A stretch of 63,074 nt of DNA, filler included, from Intoshia linei (taxonomy: Eukaryota > Animalia > Orthonectida), in NCBI GenBank assembly GCA_001642005.1. It is 5 parts of 5 records of this genome, joined end to end, with 100 filler letters (N's around TTAATTAATTAA, not from the genome) between each part and the next. Parts side by side here need not be neighbours in the genome. Positions count along the whole stretch, not along the records: positions 19,293 to 48,617 come from LWCA01000390.1; positions 48,718 to 63,074 come from LWCA01000964.1; 3 more parts are not named here. One strand, 5' to 3'. A program made the translations under genes and the position numbers. The stretch's first letter is position 1. The number at the start of each line of letters is the position of its first letter. Under the pieces are notes generated by a model. The model was not told the origin of the DNA and ran no database searches. It saw nothing but the letters and a program-made list of their open reading frames with translations. Below are positions 40,846 through 51,892 of the stretch, piece after piece.

Positions 40846-43283
40846 TTAATGGTATTTCACGTGACGATGCAAATCTAAAAATGGATAAATTGATTAAAAT
40901 AAAAAAATTACAATCTCGTTCATGATACGCGTACATAAACAAAATTTCAAATACAACAACTACTTGAATCAGCCAAGTTATAGTTGGTTTATCTACGGAT
41001 ACCCAACGATGAACATATCTCCAACGGGCTAAATTGATTAAATTATTTCGTATACAAATCGGTAAAATTAAATAAATGATAGCGAATCATAATAGCAAAA
41101 GATGTTACTAGCAAAATTAAAAAGTTAGCATTGTACAAAATTAACTTTAAATTAATATAAAGTTTTCATAATTTCAATAAATTTGTGAAATTTCTAGGTC
41201 GCAACAAAAATTTCGTCAAGCCTCACTATTGGCTTAGCTTATGGTTAGGAAACACTGTATTACACTGCTTAATTTGTGAAATTCAATGTGTAACTTACTT
41301 ACTAAAATTCACAGTGCAACCCAAAATAAAATAAATAAAAAATAGTATAATTGCTCTGTACTACACTGCCGGACAATATTATAACGCACCTCATATATTT
41401 TGTCTATAAAAACAAATAATATTTATAATTCGCTAATTTCTCTTAGTAATATCTAAATTTGGATTTAAAACATAGTAAAAGCAAAAAAATATAAAACAAA
41501 AAACTTTTTCTAAAAAATGAGATTTAAATTAATAGTAGACAAAAAATGGGAACAAAAATGTTTTATAACAACAATTTAGAGTAAAAAATATATTTAGGAC
41601 TATAAGAAATTGCTACTTTTTATTAATATCTAGTTATAAATCCTTTTCCATAAATTAATTCAAATTTTATTTTTTTTTAAATGCTTTGAATAAAATTTAA
41701 ATGTAAATAGCCAGAATTCAAGAAATTAAATCGTTAATAAAATCCAAAAAAATGGAGCTAGAAACAAATTTAAACAAATAAACAGTATAACTAAACATGG
41801 AGAACAATATTGTAAAGTCGGTACCGCGTTTAAAAGCCAAATGCCAATTTCCGTTAAAATAAAGTTCAGTTTTAATTTCTCCATAATATTTTTAACGTGA
41901 TATTTAAAATGACAAACGCAACTCAAATAGATAGCGTTAAATGGTTTATATTGCGACATAGTTCTTCTAGTATTTTATTTTAAAGTTTACTAGTATTTTA
42001 AAAATACACAGTTTTAGTGCTAATTCCCCATCGAATTCTAAAATTTTCGAAAAGATGTGACACCCTAATGTACAATAGTATATTATAATAATATTAACAT
42101 AGTACAGGGTGATTTATTTTGGTTAATTTTGAATAATGTTAACCACGAGTGAAAGAATTTTTTTAGTCGAGCTATTAATCGAGTTTAAAACATTTAATTT
42201 ACATGTTAAAAACAAATTTATAAAAAAATATCGTATTAATCGACTACCGAAAAAAATGCAGTTCACAATTTGCTTAAAAAATTCCGAAAAACTGGATCTG
42301 TACAAAATTTACCAAGATGCAGAAATAACTACACTTTAAACTCTGGTAAAATAAAAGAAATAACAACTATTGTCACTACTTCCCCTTCAACATCCATACA
42401 AAGAATAAGCCAACAAACGAATTTATCAAAAACCACCATCTACAGGACTTTAAAAAACGAGAAATTTTTTCCTTACAAACTTAATATGTGTCAAGAATTG
42501 AAACCTAACGATTATATTAATCGACTACAGTTTTGTCATTTGTTTAAATCATTTTTGAGAGATAATAATGATAACGACTCAGAAGATAATGTCTATTTTT
42601 CTGATGAATCATGGATTGAGTTAACAGGATATCAAAACAAACAAAATAATAGATTATGGCTAAAAGCAAAACCCACCATTTACAATACATCCTCTCTCCA
42701 CCCACAAAAAATTGGTATATGGTGTGCAATTTCGAATAAAAAAATCGTTGGACCTATTTTTTTTCAATCCATAATAAACAGTGAATTGTATATTAATATT
42801 TTGGAGAAATTTTACAATTTATTAGACCCAATTGAACGTAAAAAAGTGTGGTTTCAACACGATGGAGTAACATGCCATACTTCAAAAATATCCATGAATT
42901 GGTTAAATCAAAAATTCAACCATTATCTTTTCAGAGTAGACGTTAATTAATGGTTCAAGTTAAGAATATTATCAATTTAAATTTAAATAGATAAGCAGGC
43001 AAATAAAATTGAAAAAGAGGTTATAAGGTAAAAATAATAACTGTTATTTCATACCTCTGGAAACGGATGAAATGGCTCCATGAAATGAAACATCTTGCTT
43101 TGAAAACCAGACAGGTATATCACCAATTTTTGTATTCCACAAATTTTTCCAATCTAAAATTGACTGTCAAAAATTTAACAAAAAAATACTTTTTGCATAA
43201 TTGATGGCCCCATTATAAGTTCCATGAATACGTGGATTATAAGACAATGGATACTTGCCGAAATTCTTAAAAATTTTGTTCAT
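40846..43283 (-). CDS. ATP5MF: Mitochondrial ATP synthase subunit f, invertebrate long form (112 aa)
   Basis: Exons 43283-43190 (FGKYPLSYNPRIHGTY), 43153-43055 (TKIGDIPVWFSKQD...AISSVSR), 41028-40912 (ARWRYVHRW...) and 40874-40846 (LHRHVKYH*). All phases are consistent, and the pattern matches insect subunit f (FGDYPAEYNPKVHGPY...KYH). Confidence 0.9.
42105..42950 (+). mobile_element. Truncated Tc1/mariner-superfamily (rosa/DD41D-like) element with frameshifted transposase, inside ATP5MF intron 2
   Basis: TA|CAGGGTG left end. ORF 42136 shifts into ORF 42270-42950, which has FSDESW...GYQNKQNNRLW and WFQHDGVTCH. The third Asp (SPDLN region) and the right TIR are missing. Confidence 0.85.
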
Positions 43284-43466
43284 TACAATGTCAATTTGAA
43301 TAAAGTTGATTATTAAATTAACTTTGTTACTAGTGAAGATAAGTGGATATTTTTTATAGCATTCTATGCTTAATTTGAATTTATTATAAACCATCGTTTT
43401 TTGAAACAACTGATCAATAACCATCAAAACTTTAATCATTACTAAAATTAGTTTAAATTTAAAATT

Positions 43467-46400
43467 ATGAATGTTCAAGAAGATTTTATTAAATTGAACA
43501 ATGAAGATAACATCAATGAGTTGTATTTCGTTGAACAACGATTGGAATCAGAAATTGCGGTTACAAATGTTGATGATTTTTATATCGCAACCATTACATA
43601 CAATGGAGAAGAATACCGTGAAAATGCATCAACACCATACATTGCAAAATCTAACCTTTGCTCGAAATTGTACAATATAATGAAAAAGCGTGAAATTAAA
43701 CCGATGAAAAAAAGTGAAATCGTTGAAATCAAACCGATGAAAAAAATTAAAAGAAGGAATGGTAAAAGTTTACAAGAACTTTATACAGATAAAGGTCCGT
43801 TAATGACCATGGGTGAATTTTGTCCTGGCCATTTGACAGAGTTTTCAGAATTTGGAACTGGATGTCTGTCTTTCAAGTGTACTATTAACTATAAAAAATG
43901 TTCCTTTCAAGGTTATGGAATTTCAAAAAAAGAAGCCAAAAGAAACGCTTCTAGGTTATGTTTGTCTCAATTTTACCCACAAATGTTTCCAAAGGTTGAA
44001 CGCATGTACACGTCAGAGTCTAGCATAAATACTACATTATATAATACTGACGGGGATGAATATAAAAGTTTGAGTACTAAAATATATAATTTAGTAACAG
44101 AAAAATATTACGCCATTTGCAGTCAAGTTGAAAGAAATTCACACAATGTTATTTCAGGAATTATTCTAAGTAAAAAGGATTGTAAATCTTTGAAATTATT
44201 ATGTGTCACATCTGGTAGTAAGACGATTTCTGGAGCAAGTATAGGGAATAATGGGAAAAAAGTGGTTGATGGTCATGCCGAAATTTTGGCTCGTCGGTGT
44301 TTTATTAGGTTTATTTTAAACAAAATATACACTTTGATTCAAAAAAATCAAAATTCTTTTACAGACTCTGAAAAAACAATTAATGATGATGTTATTATGT
44401 GGAATTTTGAAAAAAAAAAATTTGAAATATTGCCTAATATTAACATTCATCTCTACATATCTTGTGCGCCTTGTGGCGATGGCCGTCTTTTTAGTCTAAA
44501 TTCAAACAAAGAAACCCTTAGAAAAACTCATGGAGTTTTAAGGGTGAAAATTGAAGATGGCATGGGTACTGTTTTACCTGGTGATATCAGCCTTCAAACA
44601 ATGGACGGTATTTTGGGTGGAGACAGAATTTTGACAATGTCGTGCAGTGACAAAATTTTGCTTTGGAATGCTGTCGGAATGCAAGGTTATATTTTTAATT
44701 GTAAATGGTTTTGATGCAATTTATCAAAATTTTTCATCCTATATGCCTGTTTTTTCTATATTGCAATTCGATTGCCTCCAGATAATTTATTATTCTTCAA
44801 TATCTTCTTAATTTTAAATTATTTAAGACTTAATTTCTGAAATTGAAATTTGCGATAAAACATGACTCTGAAAAAACTGTTATAGAAATATGGAATTTGT
44901 AAAACTCGACTCCCCTTACTTTTAATATACTGGAACAAATAAAAAAAACCATTTTACTTTGTACATAAGGATTTTGTAAATTAGATTTTTTAAAAAATTA
45001 ATATGACTCCTATTCTAAAATCTCACCTCCAATATTCACTTAAAAAAAATATTGTAGGTAATATCAAAATAAGTTAGATAATATGGGTAATGTAGTAAAA
45101 ATGTTTGGGAAACACTGCTATATACAAATTGTAGGTTAATTTAAAAAATATAAAAATTAAAAACCAACCAAAAAAATTGTAATTTGTAATGCCAGTGTAA
45201 TAAATGTTTTGTCTAGACTTTAGCTAAAGTGGCCATGTCAAATGAGTGCAATCAATTTTCAAACTACATATAATGTACAACTATTTTTTCTGATTATCGA
45301 TATGTAATTATTGCTTTACATGGCGTGACCAAATAATTACTCGTCCATTAATTTTACTTTATTATTAAATTTAAAGCTAAAAATAGAAATCTGATGCAAA
45401 AAATTATTTTTGACTAAATATTATCCATCTAATTTTAGTGGCATATTTATATATATTAGGGTGGTTTAAAAAAAAAATTTTAAAAAGTACATTTGAGTAT
45501 ATTAGGGAAATTGGGTAAAAATGATTTGTACAAATTTTTATAGCATAAAATTAATTATTGCCTTGCCCACTCATCACCACCAAATTTACATTTCTTATAT
45601 GTACATTTTTGTAGTATAAAAATGTACTGTTGGTTACTTGTTATAATTCATTGTTAAAGTTTAACTTAAACAAATAAAATGGAACTTATTTATTACATTA
45701 TCAAATTATTCTGATTTTTTAAACAATTTATGTGTTAAAGATGTATTATGAAATTTAACAATTATATAAATTAAAATTATGAAATATTTGTTCTTTTTTT
45801 ATTTATAAATTTATTTTATTTTAATTTTGGTTTAAATTTTAAAATTCTATAAAAAATCACATATTTTGTTAAAAAACGTCCGTATTTCGAATCGATACGA
45901 CTATTTTTAATTTACTTGATCATAAAATGAATCTTTGCCTTTGTCACTCATTGTATTATCGTTTTAATTAATAATCGTCACTCGACTTTCACGACTACCA
46001 TTGAAATATTAATATTATACAAATTCAATAATATTGATTATTCCTTTGTTCGGTTGGCGATGGAAATTTTATGGAATCGAATTATTTTTTTGCCTAATGG
46101 ATAAACGGTTTAATTAATATTTTTCAATCAATTTTCATGGTTACCATTAAAATATTTATATTATAGATTTCCCCTGCTCGGATGACAAAGGAAAATTATT
46201 CGAATCGAGTGAATTTTGTTGCCAATCATCATTATTTACCACTCTTATCAAAATATCAAAAGTACTTTCTCAATTTAAAAAATTTTCTTGTTTTTGAACC
46301 ACCCTAATATATATCATTGTTGGTCTTTAGAGTTATAAAATATCACCATTATATCTTTTGTATTTGTTTTTTTTAGGAGCATTGTTGTCACAATTAATTG

Positions 46401-46693
46401 AACCTTTTTACCTTGATACAATCGTGGTTGCAAAACAGTTTAATGAATTTCATTTACAAAGGTATACTTTACATTTATTTATTTTATCATTTGTCATTTA
46501 TTGTAATTTTTTTTATTTTTCATTTTTTGTTTATAGAGCCTTGAATGGTCGATTAGATGGAATGAAATCGGATGTGCCCTACAAAACAAATGCTGTTAAT
46601 ATTCAGTGTGTCAATTCCGTGTTATACTCTAAAAGAGTTGCTAAAAATTTTAGCAAATGCGGCCTTGTTTGGATAACAGATAGAGCTTCAAAG
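43467..46693 (+). CDS. ADAR: dsRNA-specific adenosine deaminase (ADAR2-like); 3' exon(s) not located
   Basis: Two dsRBM-like regions (GYGISKKEAKRNA) and deaminase motifs DGHAEILARR, CAPCGDGRLF, LRVKIEDGMGT and LTMSCSDKILLWNAVGMQGALLS. Exons 43467-44685, 46377-46461 and 46537-46693. Confidence 0.9.
45457..46306. mobile_element. MITE with TAGGGTGGTT TIRs in ADAR intron 1
   Basis: TAGGGTGGTTTAAAAA ... TTTTTGAACCACCCTA, flanked by (TA)n. Confidence 0.7.
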
Positions 46694-46853
46694 GTATAAT
46701 TATATATTTATATCATTTCAGTGACTATTAACAAGTGCGCTGCAAAAAAATTTGAGTTTATTTTCTAAATTTTTAAAAATTAGCGTCAAACCTTTACAGT
46801 ATAAAGTTTACATTGACAATTCTTTGATGAACCTTTTTGGTTTTACTATTTAA

Positions 46854-47141
46854 CCCTTCAATACTCGCACGGGGTCATTTTTTACCTATATTTATGAATG
46901 AAATTTGTCTTACACGATCCGCTAAATAAATTAATTTATAGTTATAAAATAACAATAAAAGATAATACAATAAAAGTGACACTTTAAATTTTGCTATTTG
47001 TTTTAATTTTTATTGTATTGAGTTGAATTCACTCAGTACATATATTTTTTCACAGCTAAAAACTATGAAAACGCATATTATTGAATTTTATTTTACAATT
47101 GTATTTACATTACATTAATATGAAAATCATGAATTCTATAG
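46854..47141 (+). mobile_element. piggyBac left-end fragment
   Basis: TTAA|CCCTT start. It is an inverted near-copy of 48783-49070 and stops just after the putative transposase ATG. Confidence 0.75.
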
Positions 47142-48291
47142 AATCTACTTTTCCACCAGAGTCCATATCCGCTAGGTCTTGTGCGGATGGTCCCTGGTAT
47201 TCTAATTTGATTGGATCATTTTTTAACTTTCCACGGTTTGCAAGTATCTTATATTCAGTTATAATTTCTTAGAGGTAGTCTGCAAGACTTCCATTCCTAA
47301 CCTGACACCTGGTTAACATCGACTCTGTCATAGCAATATCTTCGGAATCGAATTTTAAGTTGATACGATTTTTATTGATAAATTTGATCAATTTGGTTTT
47401 GTATGTTTAAGTTTTGATGACTTCTCCAAATATATAACCGAGAGTTTGTAGGATAGTCTGAACCCTTAAAAAGCGGACTACTCTTATTGTCATCAATATG
47501 ACACTGTGGGTATCGGCGTCTCTGGTGATGATCATGTTGAGATAATTCGTATTCGTCATGTAGGCCAGATATGGTAGATCCCTCTATACAAAGTTCTGAA
47601 GGGTTGGAGCTCTCTATGACGAGCCGCCACTACCTCTGTCACTTCTTACTCGTAAAATCATTTGATAATTTTATAGTAAATTAAGATTTATTAATTTCGA
47701 CAATATCATACAGTCTTGAAAAAAACGAATTTAAATATCACAATGCCCAATGAACGGTGACCGATTTAGATACACAATATATAACAAACTCTTTTGAAAG
47801 ATTTTTTAGTTATATGATTTCTTATATTATTTGAATTATTTCATTCACTTCAATGTGTATCCGATTTGTAGTGCCTTAATTCTAAATTGTTCTAGTGGGC
47901 ATAGAATTCCTGCGGAGGAGACCACGGAAAAAGACAAGTCTTGTAATGGTTTACACGGGAGTGTATTTTATGTTTTAATTTACTTTTTTTCTGATATAAA
48001 TACATTCAGGTCTCAGTAACGCCACTATTATAACTATTTTACGGTATGTCTGATTATTCATACGTAATAACCTAACACGGTTTATTAGCTATAACTATAC
48101 TCTCAATGATTATATCATTGAAATACCAAAATTTCGATATTGAGAGGTACGGGTAATGAGACAAATTAATGTATATTTTTATAAATGAGGCTTTACTTTT
48201 CAGTTATTAAAAATTGATAGAGCGTGATGTTTATAGTACTACAGTGGTTTTCGATTTAAACCACAACTTTCTGAAAAATAGCATGCTTTAA

Positions 48292-49070
48292 CCCTTTACT
48301 AGTTGCGCTTTTTCAAAACGTGAACAGTCGCAAGAGGACAAAAATGGCCGTTTTTAATAAATGAAAAAGTGACACGATGTAATAAACAAATGTAATCATA
48401 TTACATAGCATAAAATATTTAATTACAATGGATGAAACTTTTGAAACCATAGTTAAGTTGACAATTATAAATTTTCACTGTTGATAACTCTGTCACTTCT
48501 TTGGCAACTAAGATGTACTGTTTAAAAATTATCTTTATTATGATAACAAAATGTTATACAGTTAGACAATAGATATTAACATTTTAATCATACATTTTTG
48601 TAAACCAAAACAAAATTNNNNNNNNNNNNNNNNNNNNNNNNNNNNNNNNNNNNNNNNNNNNTTAATTAATTAANNNNNNNNNNNNNNNNNNNNNNNNNNN
48701 NNNNNNNNNNNNNNNNNATAATCTGATTCATCTTCACTATTCGAATCAAATATATCGTCTTCTTCATCTTGAAAAATATTATCTGTAGAATTTATGATTT
48801 TATAATTAATGTAATGTAAATACAATTGTAAAATAAAATTCAATAATATATGTTTTCATAGTTTTTAGCTGTGAAAAAATATATGTACTGAGCGAACTCA
48901 ACTCAATACAATAAAAATTAAAAAAAATAATAAAATTTAAAGGGTCACTTTTATTGCACTATCTTTTATTGTTATTTTATGACTATAAATTAATTTATTT
49001 AGCCGATCGTGTAAGACAAATTTCATTCATAAATATGGGTCAAAAATGACCCCGTGCGAGTAATGAAAAA
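48292..49070 (-). mobile_element. piggyBac element spanning a gap
   Basis: TTAA|CCCTTT at 48288-48297 and a closing TTAA at 49071-49074. The minus strand next to the gap reads STDNIFQDEEDDIFDSNSEDESD, like the acidic N-terminus of piggyBac transposases. Confidence 0.7.
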
Positions 49071-49796
49071 TTAATTAAAAAATTTCAACTATCCTCATAA
49101 TGCCCTTTAAAAACTTCATTTACTAAATTTCATCAAATATCCGTTCATAATTTTTTAGAAGTATTTTATTTACAAAACTCTACAAGATAATCAAATTTTT
49201 TGAATTTAAAATAATAAAATAAATGAAATTAAAAATTCACAAAGATGGGAGATTTATTTATAAAATTACAATCAAGTTTTTAAATTGAATTTAAATTATA
49301 CTATTGTGAAATTTAGTTGTGATTTTTAAAAAGATTAATTTGACAGACAAATAATATTTATATTTTTTGTTCATTTTATCAAAATCAACATTAAATTATA
49401 CAAATTGTTATTGAAAAATATAATTTTTAAATTTTTCAAGGGTGTGCGCCGCACTGGACCGACTCCGACACACCAAAATATGAGCCAATTACTGAAACGT
49501 ATTTTATTGTCAAAGTTACCAATAAAAATTTCAAAATGGACTTGTCTTAAATTGTATAGTTTTAACGGAAATATTTAGTAATTGAACCAAACTAAAGAAC
49601 TAAACTTGAGCTTAGCAATATGTGTACCAGTGAGTGCTATCACAGTACTGCCAGAGTTCGAGTCTGTAGATATCTGAGGCAACCATTTTATTACAATAAT
49701 TTGTAAATTTATGTTTAAACTTTATTTATATTTAATTCGGTCAATTTTAAATTGAACAAATTTTAATATGTAATTATAATTAAATACATAAAAAAA

Positions 49797-51109
49797 ATGA
49801 ACCAAACAGTAAGCAACAGGGATACCACATTGATAATAAAACACTTGCCAAATAATTTAACAGACATTGAAATTTACAACCTCTTAAAAATTTACAAGGT
49901 AATAAGATGGCGTTATTTAAACGGCAAATGTAAACTAATGAGAAATACCTTATTTGCATTATTTGGTTCCATAGAAGATGCCTGGACGGCGATTCATTCA
50001 CTCCATCAAGTTAAAATTGTGAATCGAAGAATCAGCGTTGAATTTGCAAACTATCAAAATAAACCAAATTTATATTTTACAATGCCATGTTTATTACGAA
50101 ACGAAAAATCCAATGTAATGTTAAAAGGTAATTTAAATAATCATTAAACTGTTATTGTTAATTATAAATCTTTAATTGACTAGAAAAAAATGAATTGGAA
50201 CAAGAGATTTTGTCTAAATTTGGATTCAATGAATTACACGAAAGATTTATCAATTTTTTGACCAGTATTGACAAAGCAAAAACAAAATATACGCCTAAAA
50301 CTGAATGTAAATTAAAACATGAATCAGATTCCGAATGGGAGTGGGAATCTGACAGTAATTTAACATTGAGCGAAAAAATTGAAAAAAATAATAAATACAA
50401 CCAGGAAAAACGGGTTTTGCCTTATATAAACAACAAACTCAATAAAAATTCCTTTAAAGCATTAAAAAGATATTATAACGTTGAAAAACCCATCATTCCA
50501 ATAAAAATTAAAAAAAACGTTTGTAAAATTCAAAAAATACCTCATATAGAAATAAACTGTAGCAAATTCTTAAAATCCATTCCATTACCTATTGATGAAT
50601 ATGAACCTAGAACTAAAATTCAAAAATTTGGCTATGAAAATGTTACCATGACTAAAAAAATTATACCTAATCATGAATGGACCAAACCAACGCAAATAGA
50701 TGCAAACAATTCAAATTTAGACTCATTTAGAAAATCATTAAAATTGTTAAATTTTAATGAAATGTCTAAATATGATGTTTTCAAAAGATATAAAATGGGT
50801 AAACCTTCAAAAAGGCTGTACATTAAAAATATTTCCAAAATGGTAACGTTTTATCAATGAATAGTTGTAAAAATTATTTAGACAACAGATGAACAGCTTC
50901 ATTTGATATTTGGTTCGTTTATTGACTGGACAGACAAATCACAAGTCACTGCATACGATTTATTATACCTGAAAAAGGGTCGTTTAAGAGGACAATGTTT
51001 TGTTTCACTACCTTCCATTTATATGGCTACAAAAATCATAAAACAATGCAATGGTCTCATTTTACATGAAAAACCCATGGTTGTACAATTTTCTCGATCC
51101 AATCAATAA
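49797..51109 (+). CDS. RNPC3: U11/U12 snRNP 65-kDa protein (two RRMs)
   Basis: Exons 49797-50127 (TLIIKHLP...ISVEFA), 50184-50842 (YKMGKPSKRLYIKNISK) and 50882-51109 (IFGSFID...KKGRLRGQCFVSLP...NGLILHEKPMVVQFSRS). Confidence 0.85.
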
Positions 51110-51166
51110 AATTTAATACATGTATATGTAAATTATTTATTTACGTTAACAAATAACATTAAATTA

Positions 51167-51821
51167 TCAATCCAACAAATTTTTGATATAATTGTAAAAT
51201 TTAAATTTATCTACTTGAGGAAATGCTTTAAACTTTGAATTTAAACAAAATTTAACACTTTGAATTAAATTTTCAAAATTTGAACAAAAATGTAAATATT
51301 GCTCTATATCAAGTTGTTGAGCGAATTCTAATTGGTGGTTGTCCATTAAATCATTATTAACGCATGCTATTATCTTTTTTTTTATTCTATTTTTTAGTTA
51401 ATGCTTATCGTAATAAATTTTTTAAAAGTAACAAAAATTAACCTTAAACATTCCATAATGGTTCCTGCCCCAGAATGAGAAATAATTAAATCAGACATTT
51501 GTAAATATGATGAGATGGTATCAATATAACTGAATATTTCAATTTCAACACCAAAATCCTTTAAAACAAATTTTGTAATTATTTGAGTAATTTTAATTTT
51601 TTCAAATTCTAAAATTTGAAAAACGTGAAAAGGTATTTAAATATCATACCACCAAAAGATTCAAGTTTATTGGACAAATCTTTATAATTGATTTTGTTTC
51701 CATATTGTAATACAATTTTGTCAAATCCTACATTTTTTAGATCATTTAAAAATTCTGAATGTAAAATTGCATAAATTAAACAATCAAAATTTGTTGAACC
51801 CACAGTCACAAGTAATATCAT
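51167..51821 (-). CDS. ALG13: UDP-GlcNAc transferase subunit ALG13 (short form)
   Basis: Exons 51821-51650 (LVTVGSTNFD...VLQYG), 51608-51443 (SDLIISHSGAGTIMECL) and ~51386-51167 (VNNDLMDNHQLEFA). Confidence 0.92.
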
Positions 51822-51892
51822 GAAAATTAATATAAAATTTATAATATATCAAAAATTCTCATGAAAATGAAATTAAAGTTTAGTTTAATTTG

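Noticed and set aside
41726-41959. 77-aa hydrophobic ORF in ATP5MF intron 2
   Set aside because: No recognisable motif, and it lies among TE ends. The other short AT-rich ORFs in the track (2709, 4788, 10374, 17007, 27109, 31040, 31543, 33208, 35612, 40462, 61598) were dismissed for similar reasons or as antisense shadows.
43167-43538. 123-aa minus-strand ORF overlapping the ADAR start
   Set aside because: Only 43283-43190 is coding (ATP5MF exon 1). The rest is a chance in-frame extension.
47110-47661. Alternative genetic code (TAA/TAG read as Gln) to open this frame
   Set aside because: Host genes in the window end with TAA and have no in-frame TAR codons. Decay is the simpler explanation.
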